Below are positions 48,917 through 58,879 of a stretch of DNA of 64,000 nt, piece after piece. This DNA is from Prorocentrum cordatum (Eukaryota): NCBI GenBank assembly GCA_963575745.1, contig CAUYUJ010000151.1:1-64000 (forward strand). Direction: 5' to 3'. The notes below the pieces were generated by a model. The model worked only from the letters and a program-made list of their open reading frames with translations, had not been told where the DNA came from and ran no database searches. Positions within the stretch are counted from its first letter, which is position 1; each line of letters begins with the position of its first letter. The position numbers and the translations under genes were made by a program.

Positions 48917-48937
48917 CCGAAGCCGTTTTGGCTCAAA
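48917..48937 (+). other. Dinoflagellate spliced-leader relic
   Basis: CCGAAGCCGTTTTGGCTCAAA matches DinoSL at 18/21 positions. Confidence 0.7.
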
Positions 48938-48984
48938 ACAATGATACGTTACATCAACATCATGTTGAACACATATCTACGCGC

Positions 48985-49182
48985 AGGATCTATTTTTATG
49001 CTGCTTTATCATCTGGGATCTATTTTATCATCTAGGATCTATTTTATCATCTAGGATCTATTTTGTCACCTGGGATCTATTTTATATGTTTTTTTTCATC
49101 AGGATCTATTTTATCATGTTGGATCTATTTTCAAAGCTCTTTGCGGCCAGGATCTAAAAAACAGATCCTGCGGACCACAGGG
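48985..49182. repeat. 7 subterminal GGATCTATTTT repeats plus right TIR (49148-49182)
   Basis: CAGGATCTAAAAAACAGATCCTGCGGACCACAGGG is the reverse complement of the left TIR at 34/35 positions. Confidence 0.9.
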
Positions 49183-49342
49183 AGGTCCAGACCCATTCCC
49201 CGGGACCCGTCTTTCATCCCGAGTCGTTTTTTAACGGTCCCGAGGCCCGGTAAGGGCCCTCAGAGGCCGAACATAGCGAAAAACCTCCCGTCCTAATTTT
49301 TTCATGACTCGAGGAGGTCTGGGGTTCCTCCATCCTCCCCCC

Positions 49343-49845
49343 GACCTCCTATAAAAAGCTCCGGGCTGCGCGCTCCCAGCCCGCCCCCACCGGCTGGCCC
49401 CAGCAGGCCCCAACCCCAAAGCACGACGGAGCCGACGTCAGGGCGTCTCTCCTCGCTGCCGTTCCTCCATCCTCCCCCCGAGGAGGGAGGAGGGAGGAAG
49501 GAGGAGGGAGGAGGAGGAGGAGGAGGAGGAAGAGACCTCCTATAAAAAGCTCCGGGCTAAGCGCTCCCAGCCCGCCCCCACCGGTGGGCCCCGGCAGGCC
49601 CACCCCGGGCAACCCCCGGGGGCGGCCTCGACACCCCCCGGCGCCTCCTCGGGCGGCGCCCCTGTGAGGGCGCTCCGCGCCCCAGCGTTGGGTCGGCCGT
49701 GTGCCCCCCCACACCCAGACCCCCTCGAGCAATGAAAAAATCACGACGGGAGGTTTTTCGCCATTTTCGGCCTCTGGGGGCCCCTCGCGCTGTGAAAAAA
49801 TCACGACGGGAGGTTTTTCGCCATTGTCGGCCTCTGGGGGCCCTC
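49343..49845. repeat. Two local duplications (GACCTCCTATAAAAAGCTCCGGGCT.. x2; TGAAAAAATCACGACGGGAGGTTTTTCGCCATT.. x2)
   Basis: Copies at ~49343/49535 and ~49733/49793. Confidence 0.8.
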
Positions 49846-50469
49846 CCCGGGCCTCGGGGCCGTCAAAAAACGGCTCAGGACGACAAGCCGGTCCCAGGGA
49901 AGGGGTCGGGACCTTTGGGGGTCGCGTCATGAAAAATTCATGACGTCGGGGGTCCGGGGAGTTGGGTCGGCCGTTTTTTCCCCCATACAGGGGGCCTCTG
50001 GACGGAAAAGTTAGGAAAATAGTGAAAACGAATCCCGAACACAGTCGAACATCGTCACAAAAATACTCCGACGGAAGAACCCCACATAAGAATCCTCTGG
50101 GCGAATCTGGAAAAAGCCATCACCGTCGTCCTCGTGGTTGGTGAGGCGTCCTGGCTGTCTCTTCTGCGTATATTTCCTCTCGCCTTGGCGCGGGCCCCCC
50201 TTCCACTCCTTACGTTGTCCCCATCCTCGCCCCCCTGTTTGTCCCGCGCCCCGCCACACCTCCCCTTCCTGTTGCATGAGCGCGCATGTCGATGTTCCTC
50301 GGCGCCGTCGCCGCCACGGCCAGCACAGGCGCGTTCTCTACTGGTCACGTCGCGCAGCCGTTGGGACAACCCCGCGGGCCAGGCTGTCGGGACAACCCCG
50401 CGAGCCGTTGGCGCGCAAGACCAAGCCGTTGGGACAACCCCGCGGGCTTCGAGCGAGGCGCAGCCGCGC

Positions 50470-50900
50470 TCAGGCGGAAGGCAGCACGAAGCCCAGCTCT
50501 GCCGCGAGCTGCTTCGCCTCCGCCCTGGACAAAACCGCTCTCTTGTCGAACTCCAGGAGCGCCTTCCGCAGGGACGCCGGCGGCCCGCACTCCAGGAACT
50601 TTCGCGGCGGCGGCCGCAGGATCAGCATGTTCCGCATGCACGTGGCGCGGGAGAACATGACGTAGAGGTGCAGCCACCACTGCTCGTCCGACATGCCCGT
50701 GCGGCCAGCGTCCTCGTCTCTCGCGCAGTCGATGGTGACGCCCTTGCGCAGCGTCTGGCCCTGCGACAGCGTGGAGGTCAGGTAGGACGCGTGCGTCAGG
50801 GTGAACCCCGAGCGGCGCACGCTGTGCGCCCCCGAGCTCTGCCATGTGAACTTCCTTTCGCTGGGCCTGAACATCAGCAAGCTCCGCGCCCGCGCCTCGA
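50470..50900 (-). pseudogene. C-terminal fragment of a PIF1-like (Helitron-type) SF1 helicase
   Basis: Motif V YLTSTLSQGQTL and motif VI LYVMFSRAT. The upstream part is replaced by a satellite. Confidence 0.75.
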
Positions 50901-50901
50901 T

Positions 50902-51715
50902 CTCCCGCCTGAGACTTCCTCGCAGTTCACTCACAGACGAGGCTCCCGCCTGAGACTTTCTCCATATTCAGGCTTGAGGAGCCCAAAAGTGACGACAGTT
51001 ACAGGGTTCCGATGACCCGCTCGGATTACCAACATGATTGCGGGCCCCATAGGAGGGGAGCTCCCGCCTGAGACGTTCCTCACAATTCATCAGAGACGAG
51101 GCTCCCGCCTGAGACTTCCTCAAATTCAGGCTTGACGAGCCCAAAAGTGACGTCAGTTACAAGGTTCGGACCCGCTCGGATTACCAACATGATCTGCGGG
51201 CCCCATCGGAAGGGGCTCCCGCCTGAGCATTCCTAGAATTCACCACAGACGAGGCTCCCGCCGAGACTTCCTCCAATTCAAGCTGAGAGCCCAAAAGTGA
51301 CGACAGTTACAGGTTTCCGATGACCCGCTCGGATTACCAACATGATCTGCGGGCCCCATAGGGAGGGGGCTCCCGCCTGAGACTTCCTCGCAATTCACTC
51401 ACAGACGAGGCTCCCGCTTGAGACTTCCTCCATAATTCATATCCCAGAGCCCAAAAGTGACGACAGTTACAGGTTCCGATGACCCGCTCGGATTACCAAC
51501 ATGATCTGCGGGCCCCATAGGAGGGAGCTCCCGCCTGAGACTCCTCCCAATTCACTCACAGACGAGGCTCCCGCCTGAGACTTCCTCCATTTCAGGCCTG
51601 GGGAGATCAAAAGTGACGACAGTTACAGGATCCCGATGACCGCTCGGATTACCAACATGATCTGCGGGCCCAATAGGGAGGGGGCTCCCGCCTGAGACTT
51701 CCACCAATTTACTCA
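50902..51715. repeat. ~157-bp tandem satellite x5
   Basis: Units start at ~50902, 51061, 51216, 51370, 51528 and 51685 (partial), each with two CTCCCGCCTGAGAC motifs. Confidence 0.95.
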
Positions 51716-51717
51716 AC

Positions 51718-52010
51718 GATGATGAGGATGAGGATGATGAGTGGTGGTGAAGATGAGTGGTGAAGAGGATGATGATGATTGTGAGTGGTGGTGCGCGATG
51801 ATGATGTTGAATGAGGATGATGCGATGCCGATTGATGATGATGATGATGTTCGTGAGCGTGTGTGAGAGTGCGAGTGATGTGATGATGATGATGATTGAT
51901 GATGTGATGAGTTGTGAGTGACTAAGCATGTGAGAGAGCATCATCGATGATGCTGATGAGGTTGATGATGAGAGAGTGTGAGTGAGTGTGAGTGGGTGTG
52001 TGTGTGTGTT
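51718..52010. repeat. (TGA)n/(TG)n degenerate microsatellite
   Basis: Directly visible. Confidence 0.85.
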
Positions 52011-53164
52011 CCTGTTCCTGCGCGGGGTGTCCAGAGAAAACAAGAACCCCACTTTGGATGTGGGGAACAAAAAATGTCCCCGGACCATGCTTTAGAGTAT
52101 GCTTGACGATTCCTCCTGTAGGGGGACAGGCCCGACTTCACCCCAGAGCTGGGGCGCCGCGGCCGCCCCCGGATGCTCGGGCTTGGACGCCCGAAATGGG
52201 TACGGGAAGGCTGGGCACAGTGCCCAGCAACAACTGTTGCCCCAAACCCAACAGCGGCCGCCTATCAGCAGCGGATTTCTGGCACAGGATAAGACAGGCA
52301 CAGCGGTATTTTGGCAGCCTTGTATCAGAAACTGTAACTTTTGTGTTCGGGGTGCCAGTGCTAACTCTGCAGGAGTTCGGTTCTTTCTTTGATGGCTGTG
52401 TGGTGGGCCCCAAGATTGCCACGTCAGGCCTGGTAGGGCGACCTCAGGTTTTCGTGACTCTGTCCAGGCGGCCCTCTGTCTCGAGTGGACACGGGCCGCG
52501 GCGGCGTGGACAGCGAGCCCTGTTCAAAATGAACCAGATCCGCTGTTGGGCACTGTACAATCAAAAACCCTAATAAGGACGCGCGGTAAGGACGCAAGAG
52601 CCTTGGAAGCCGAAGTTGGGATTTTTGGGGCGGCGGACGACGAAAACCCCAAGGACGCAAGAGCAAGGAAGAGCAAGGACGCAAGGGTACCCTGAGCAAA
52701 GTCGCGCAGCCTTATTCGGGTTTTTGACTGTACCCACTCTTTCCGTGCCCATTTCGTTCGTGCAGCTCGGGGGGGGCCTGCTGAGGCCAGCCAGGGCCAC
52801 TGTCGGGGGGAAGGGGGCTCCTCCTCCTCCTCCTCCTCCTCCTCCTCCTCCCATCCTCCTCCTCCTCTCTCCTCCTCCCTCCTCAACAATCGTCCGGCTC
52901 TCCTCCTCCTCCTCCTCCTCCTCCTCCTCCTCCTCCCCCTCCTCCTCCTCCTCCTCCTCTTCCTCCTCCTCCCTCCCTCCTGTGCAAAGCGCGCACCCTG
53001 GCCGAGAGCTCCGACGGCGCGCTGCCGCCCTCGACCGCCTGCCTGCGAGGCGTCGACGTGCACGGCGCCGCTCCCGTCTGCTCGCGCTCGCTTCTGGTCG
53101 TGCTCGTTTCCAGTTGCTCCTGGCCCCCTAGTTCGGCAGTGGACAAACCTCCCTTTAGTAGACC

Positions 53165-53285
53165 TCCAAGAGGCCCCAAGAGTCCCCAAGAGGCCCCCAA
53201 GAGGCCCCCAAGAGGCCCCCAAGAGGCCCCCAAGAGGCCCCCAAGAGGCCCCAAGAGGCTCCAAGAGGCTCCCAAGAGGCCCCAC
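53165..53285. repeat. 11-12-bp tandem repeat (CCAAGAGGCCCC)
   Basis: About 10 units. Confidence 0.9.
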
Positions 53286-53289
53286 GAGG

Positions 53290-53680
53290 AGCCCGAACGA
53301 CTCACACCAGGACGAGGGGCCCGAACGACTCACACCACGAAGAGCCCGAACGACTCACACCACAAGAGGGGCCCGAACGACTCACACCAGGACGAGGCGC
53401 CCGAACGACTCACACCACGAGGAGCCCGAACGACTCACACCGCGACGAGGGCCCCGAACGACTCACACCACGAGGAGCCCGAACGAGTCACACCAGGAGG
53501 AGGGGCCCGAACGACTCACACCAGGACGAGGGGCCCGAACAACTCACACCACGAGAAGCCCGAACGACTCACACCAGGACGAAGAGCCCGAACGACTCAC
53601 ACCACGAAGAGCCCGAACGACTCACACCAGGAAGAAGGGCCCGAACGACTCACACCAGGACGAGAAACCCAAACGACTCA
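53290..53680. repeat. 26-29-bp minisatellite x~14 with a CCCGAACGACTCACACC core
   Basis: Conserved 17-nt core with short purine-rich variable linkers. Confidence 0.92.
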
Positions 53681-54178
53681 AATCACGAGGAGCGCTTTCT
53701 CTCCCTCCTCCTCCGCCTCGTCCTTCTCCCGCTCCCCCCACAAGGAGGATGTACAAGGAGGCGGGAAGAAGGAGGAACAGGGGAGATATGCGGGGCCAAG
53801 CGGACACACGCCTGAAAAACACGACTGTCGGCATGCTTCGCAAGAGTTGCTGCTGTGAAATGGGCTGGTGGGGATACGCGAAGCGTAAAGAATTCGGCAG
53901 TGGACAAACCTCCCTTTAGTAGACCTCCCCTTAGTGAAAACGGCCTGGGACCGAAACCGACGGGACGGACCTGGACCCGAACAAAATGACGGCCGCGACG
54001 CCCTCTCGCGAACCGAAAACGGCCAACTCCTTAATCGACGTGTCAGGGTAGGAGGTCTGTCCACCCCCGACAGTTGCTCCTGGCCCCCTAATTAAGTGGC
54101 CAGGAAGAGGCCCAGGGACAGAACAAGTAGACATGCCAGGATCGTGGCTCCCCAAGAAGGCATTTTTTATGTTCGGCG

Positions 54179-55547
54179 ATGACGGGCGTCATGGGGGGGG
54201 GGGGGCGTAGGGGGGGGGTATGACGTGACGCCCCCCCCCGCCGTGTGGCTCCGGCACCACAGCCGCGCCCGCGCGCACGACGCGAAGAGCGACGAGCGAC
54301 GAAGGACGACGACGACGCGAGCAGCATGTAAGTGGCGATCTGCCCATTGCGCCTGTATGCACCACAACGCTCGCGTGCACCACACCGGGCGTGTGCACCA
54401 CAGCGCCTGCGTACACCGCAACAGCCGTGTGCAACGCACCGCCCGCGTATACCACAATACTTGAGCGCCGGTGTACATACACCGCAGCAGCCATGTGCAA
54501 CACAACGCCTGTGTACACCACAGTGCTTGCGTGCACCGCAGCGCCTGTGCACGCCACAGCGCCTGTCTACACCACAGCATCCGCGTGCAACGCAGCGCTG
54601 GTGTACACCACAGTGCCTGCGTGCATAGGACAGGTAGAAGGAGCATGTACGTCAGGATCTGATGCGGACAACTAAACGCCACGCCAGGAAAGTTCTGATA
54701 ATCGAAAGCGGCGTTCTTCCCTCCTCCCTTCTCCTCCACCTCCGCCTCCTCCTCGTCCTCCTTTTCCTCCTTCTTACCCCCTGTCGTGCGGCTTGGCGGT
54801 ACAACGCACGTGCGCATCTCAGCGTGCACCGCAGAATGGTCGATTGAATCGGGCCACTTGGTTCTCGGACGGCCAGTTTAGCTGGAGCCTCCTGGACGCA
54901 AATGTGAGTTAGGGTGATGCGGGCGGACTCGGGGGACTCGTAAATTCCAGCGGCGCTCTTTTGTCCATGAAGATGTGTGTTTCCATTGTTCTCTGGAATC
55001 CACACGCGCTCCATTTTGTCACAAAGATTCCTTCTGAAATTCTATACACAACAACTGGTGCTGTGTTGCACACGACTGATGTGGTGCACACAGGCGCCGT
55101 GGCGCACACAGGCACTGCAATGCACGCAGGCATTGTGATGTACACTGGTGCTGTGTTGCGCACGGCTCATGTGGTGTACGGAGGCGCTGTGGTGTACACA
55201 GGAGCTGCTGTGCCCGCAGGCACGATGGCACAAACTGGCGCTGTGTTGCACGCGGCTGCTGTGGTGTACATCGGCGGTGTGGTGTACACAGGCGCTGTGG
55301 TGCACGCGGGCACTGTGATGTACACAGGCGTTGTGGTGCAGATCGCCACCTATATGTTCGTGCTACCCGTCCTCCGTCATTCCTAACCATTCCCAAACGC
55401 CGCCGGCGCGAAACGTGACGTCATCGACCCCCTCCCCCCCCGATGATTGCCGTCATCGGCCCGGACTTAAAAACAGGCTCCAGCCGCGTCCGCGCGCACG
55501 ACGACGATGAGCGACGGGCGACGAACCACGAGCGACGACGACGACGA

Positions 55548-55584
<37 letters not shown>

Positions 55585-55724
55585 CTGCGGACCAGACACC
55601 TATGCGGATTCCTACGCGGACACCTACGCGGATCCCAATGCGCACGGCGGCAGTGCCCGGAGCGCACTGGGGGGGGGAGCGTTACGTCATAGGGGGGGGG
55701 AGCGGGGGCAATGACGCCCGTCAT
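54179..55724. mobile_element. Foldback-like structure with inverted 18-bp repeat arrays
   Basis: ATGACGGGCGTCAT..TATGACGT at the left is inverted at 55670-55724. CACCACAGCGCCTGTGTA units (54350-54625) are inverted at 55050-55345. GTGGCGATCTGC pairs with GCAGATCGCCAC. Confidence 0.7.
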
Positions 55725-56185
55725 GCCCCAAGCAAGAAAGAAATGGCCTCCAAGAAGCCCAAGAACTTTCGCAGGCCTAGACCTGAACGGTGTGTCTCGG
55801 AAGCCGGGGAGGGCTGCCAACTCCGTGGCTGCTAACGTCGACCTCCAGGAAGTTGTCTTCGTCCTTCCGGGAAAAAACCCGTTGACTGTTTCGCGTGCCG
55901 CGCCTCATGCCAGGAAGTTGTTTTTTCCTTCCGGGAGGGCCGTTTTAGCAGCCACAGTTTTCCCTCGCCCAGCTTTGGAGTGTCGGTTTTTACGGCGCAG
56001 CGGGCCCATCGCCGGATCCGAACTCTCTCGGGCGACGCTGCCTCCCCCTGGCCCCCCCCCGCCGTTGCCTCCCGTGGCCTTCTATCGGTGACCCCCCCTG
56101 GCCTTCGGCGTTCGGCGCCGCCCCTGCGCGGTGCCCGCGTGAAGCCGACCGCTTTTTTGCGGCGGCAGCCGCGCTGCCAGATTTA

Positions 56186-56335
56186 GGGGGCCGCGTGCGA
56201 ACCCCACCCCTGCCCCCCACGATTTCTGAGGGGGAGGGCGGGGTTCATTTCGCTCGGGAGCTCCCGAGCGAAGTCGATCCCACCCTCCCCTTCAGAAATC
56301 ATGGGGGGCGGGGGTAGGGTTCGCACGTGGCCCCC
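56186..56335. mobile_element. 150-bp palindromic MITE flanked by TA
   Basis: TA|GGGGGCCGCGTGCGAACCC...GGGTTCGCACGTGGCCCCC|TA. The whole element folds around TTCGCTCGGGAGCTCCCGAGCGAA. Confidence 0.8.
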
Positions 56336-57117
56336 TAAGAGCGCCCCGCCGCAGGGGTCGCTCGGCCGTCCGCGCCAGGGCGCCCCAGCGACGCAGAGAG
56401 GGAACCACGCTCTCTCTCTCTCTCTCTCTGGCGCGCAGGACGCCGCTCCTCTCGGCGGGCCCCGACGCGCGGGCCGTGGCCTCCGAGGGCCTCCCGTGGC
56501 CTCCCGTGGCCCCCCGAGGAGGGGATGAACTAGGGGACGTCTGGGGCCGCGGGCCGGAGGAGCGCGCCGGCGGCTGCGAGGGCCTCGACGGCTTCCCGGG
56601 GACGTGTCTCTCGCCCTGGGCCGCTGTCTGCCAGTCCCGCCCCCCCCCCTCTTTCGCGGCCTCCATGCTGAGAAGGGGGAGGAGGGAGGGAGGGAGGGAG
56701 GGAGGGGAGGGAGGGAGGGAGGGACGGGAGGGAGGGGAGGGGAGGGGAGGGAGGGAGGGAGGGAGGGAGGGAGGGAGCCCCTGTGTGTGTGTTTCTTGGA
56801 ACCCTTGGAGGTTTGGGCGACGGGCCTTCCCCTTCCACGCGCCCTTGCCCTCGCGCGTCCCCGTGTGCCCCCCCCCCCTCTCTCCCCCTCCCCGTGTGCC
56901 CCCCTCTTCCTCCTCGTAGTGCTCCCCCCCCGCCACCACCTGTTTCCCCTCCTCTGCCTCCCCGTCAGCCTCCCCCTCCTCCGCCCCTTCTTTTCGCCAA
57001 GGGCTCTCAATCGGATCGCGATGGAACGTCCACGATTTGCTCCAGATGTCCCAGGAGATCTCTGGAATTGCCTGTCTATCTGGCTCTACCTCGGTATATC
57101 TGTATCTATTCTTTTTC

Positions 57118-57143
57118 ATATATATATATATATATATATATAT
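57118..57143. repeat. (TA)n microsatellite
   Basis: Directly visible. Confidence 0.95.
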
Positions 57144-58176
57144 GTTTATGGCCTGAACCCTGCAAGCCGATTGAAAAGCCGTCGGACCAGAAGGGGTCCT
57201 CCTCCTCCTCCTCCTCCTCCTCCTGCTCCTCCTCCTCCTCCTGATCATGATCCTCCTCCCCCCTCTCATTTCCGGGTGTCTGGCCGCGCGAGGTCTCGCT
57301 ATAGGCGGTGCCTCAGGAATTCTCCGCGCCTTCTTGTCGATGTCTGCGATATGCCCGAGAGGGCCCGTGCGTTTTTGTTGGCTGCCGCTGTTCTCCGCAA
57401 TGTGTCCCTCTTCCCCCTGCTCCTACTCCTCCGTCTACCCGTCATCATTCCCCTCCTCCTCCCCCTCCTCCTCCTCCTCCTCCTATTCCTTTTCCTCCTC
57501 CTCCAACATCCGGAGGTTTGCGCAGACTCTCTGGGCTGGCGCCGGGGATCCTTCTCTGACTCGCGGAACGGGCCAGTGGCAGCGTCGGAAGCGCCGCCAG
57601 GGGGGTCCAGCGCCGATCCAAAAAATCCGCGCGACCTCGAACAGGCCTATGTTTGTGGAGCTGCTTCTTCTTATCGAAGGTTGGGGCGGCTGGGGGCGGA
57701 TGAGCACGAAGGAGAAGGGAGGAGGGCGAAAGAGGAGGCTCCGCCTCCGCCTTCATTAGGGATGCCGCGGGGATGAAGGCTCGAAGTGTCAGTCCACATC
57801 CACCTCCTCCTCCTCCACTTATGCAAAACACAATACACCAATACACCATCGACCCGAGCAGGCTGAACGTCGAACAAAAGAGGGCGCCTCAAATTCCGAC
57901 ACCAGGACGAACTGGCTTCCTTGCGTCAGATATAGAGCCTGTAAGAGAAGGGCCCGTAGATTGAAGGGGCCCAGGGCGCGTTAATACAGGCCAGGGATTT
58001 GAGAACGTCTGGCTCGATCCTGGCAAATCTCCCTTCCAATGCCTCCTCCTCCTCCTCCTCCTTCTCCTCCTCTTCCTCCTCCCTCCTCCCTCCTCCCTCC
58101 TCCGTTCCTTGTTCTTTTAAACAACTTCTCTCTGTCCTGTCGCACCCCGAGGCCAGCTTTACGGGCGGTCCGGGCG

Positions 58177-58560
58177 TTTCGCCTGAGACTTCCTCATCAT
58201 TTATGACTCTGAAATTCAAATGTTGGCAACAGCTTCGCAGATGGAGGGCGGGTGGTTTTCAAAATGTGGCTCTCGCCTGAGCGCGGCGCACATTTGTTTA
58301 AACAAATTGCAAGAGCCTTACGTATTGAGGGCGGGTCGTTTTCAAAATGTGGCTCTCGCTTAGCGCGGTGCACATGTTTAAACATTTGTAAAAAAAACTA
58401 CACGGATTGAGGGCGGGTCGTTTTCAAAATGTGGCTCTCGCCTCGGCGCGGTGCACATTCGTTCTAAACAATCGCAAGAGCTTCACGGATCGAGGGAGGC
58501 TTCTTTTCAACATGCGGCTCTCGCCTTAGCGCGGCGCACATTGGTCCACACAAGTTGCAA
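58177..58560. repeat. ~80-bp tandem repeat x~4, related to 48643-48892
   Basis: GAGGGCGGGTCGTTTTCAAAATGTGGCTCTCGC..GCGCGGYGCACA units; the first unit carries TCGCCTGAGACTTCC. Confidence 0.88.
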
Positions 58561-58879
58561 GGGCTTTACGGATGCCCATTATCAACATACCAGAAATGGT
58601 GTTTTGAAGCGATTCAGGATTCTGCGGGTGCAACAGTTACATTGAAGTCCCAGGAGGAGTGGATTCTGGAGCGATTCAGGATCGTCAAGACGCGACAGTC
58701 TGTTTCATCCTTGGCGCTGGAATCCCGAGAACAATGTTTTGGCATGATTCAGGGTCTTCAAACGGTTGTCTTCGAACGATGATGCAGTTCCCTCCATGGA
58801 AATGAACCGTTGTAGGGACCTATGAAGAGGGAGCTTGGACGGAGGGTTTATTCCAACATCGTTGATGACTCTTGGGTTT

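Larger units (their letters stand above)
32329..49182 (-). mobile_element. 16.85-kb CACTA/Plavaka-like (CMC) DNA transposon carrying a C5 DNA methyltransferase and multi-exon genes
   Basis: 35-bp TIRs with 1 mismatch and CCC..GGG termini, GGATCTATTTT subterminal arrays at both ends, and an internal transposase. No TSD seen. Confidence 0.8.

Noticed and set aside
50902..51715. Repeat-spacer appearance of the CTCCCGCCTGAGAC motifs
   Set aside because: The intervening sequences are themselves repeated, so this is a plain tandem satellite.
53290..53680. CRISPR-like array of a conserved 17-nt core with variable linkers
   Set aside because: The linkers are only ~9-12 nt and similar to each other, there are no cas genes, and the context is eukaryotic. 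It is a minisatellite.
54961..55386. ORF with VVHTGA hexapeptide repeats resembling a left-handed beta-helix
   Set aside because: It is explained by an 18-bp DNA repeat that also occurs inverted and frame-broken at 54350-54625.
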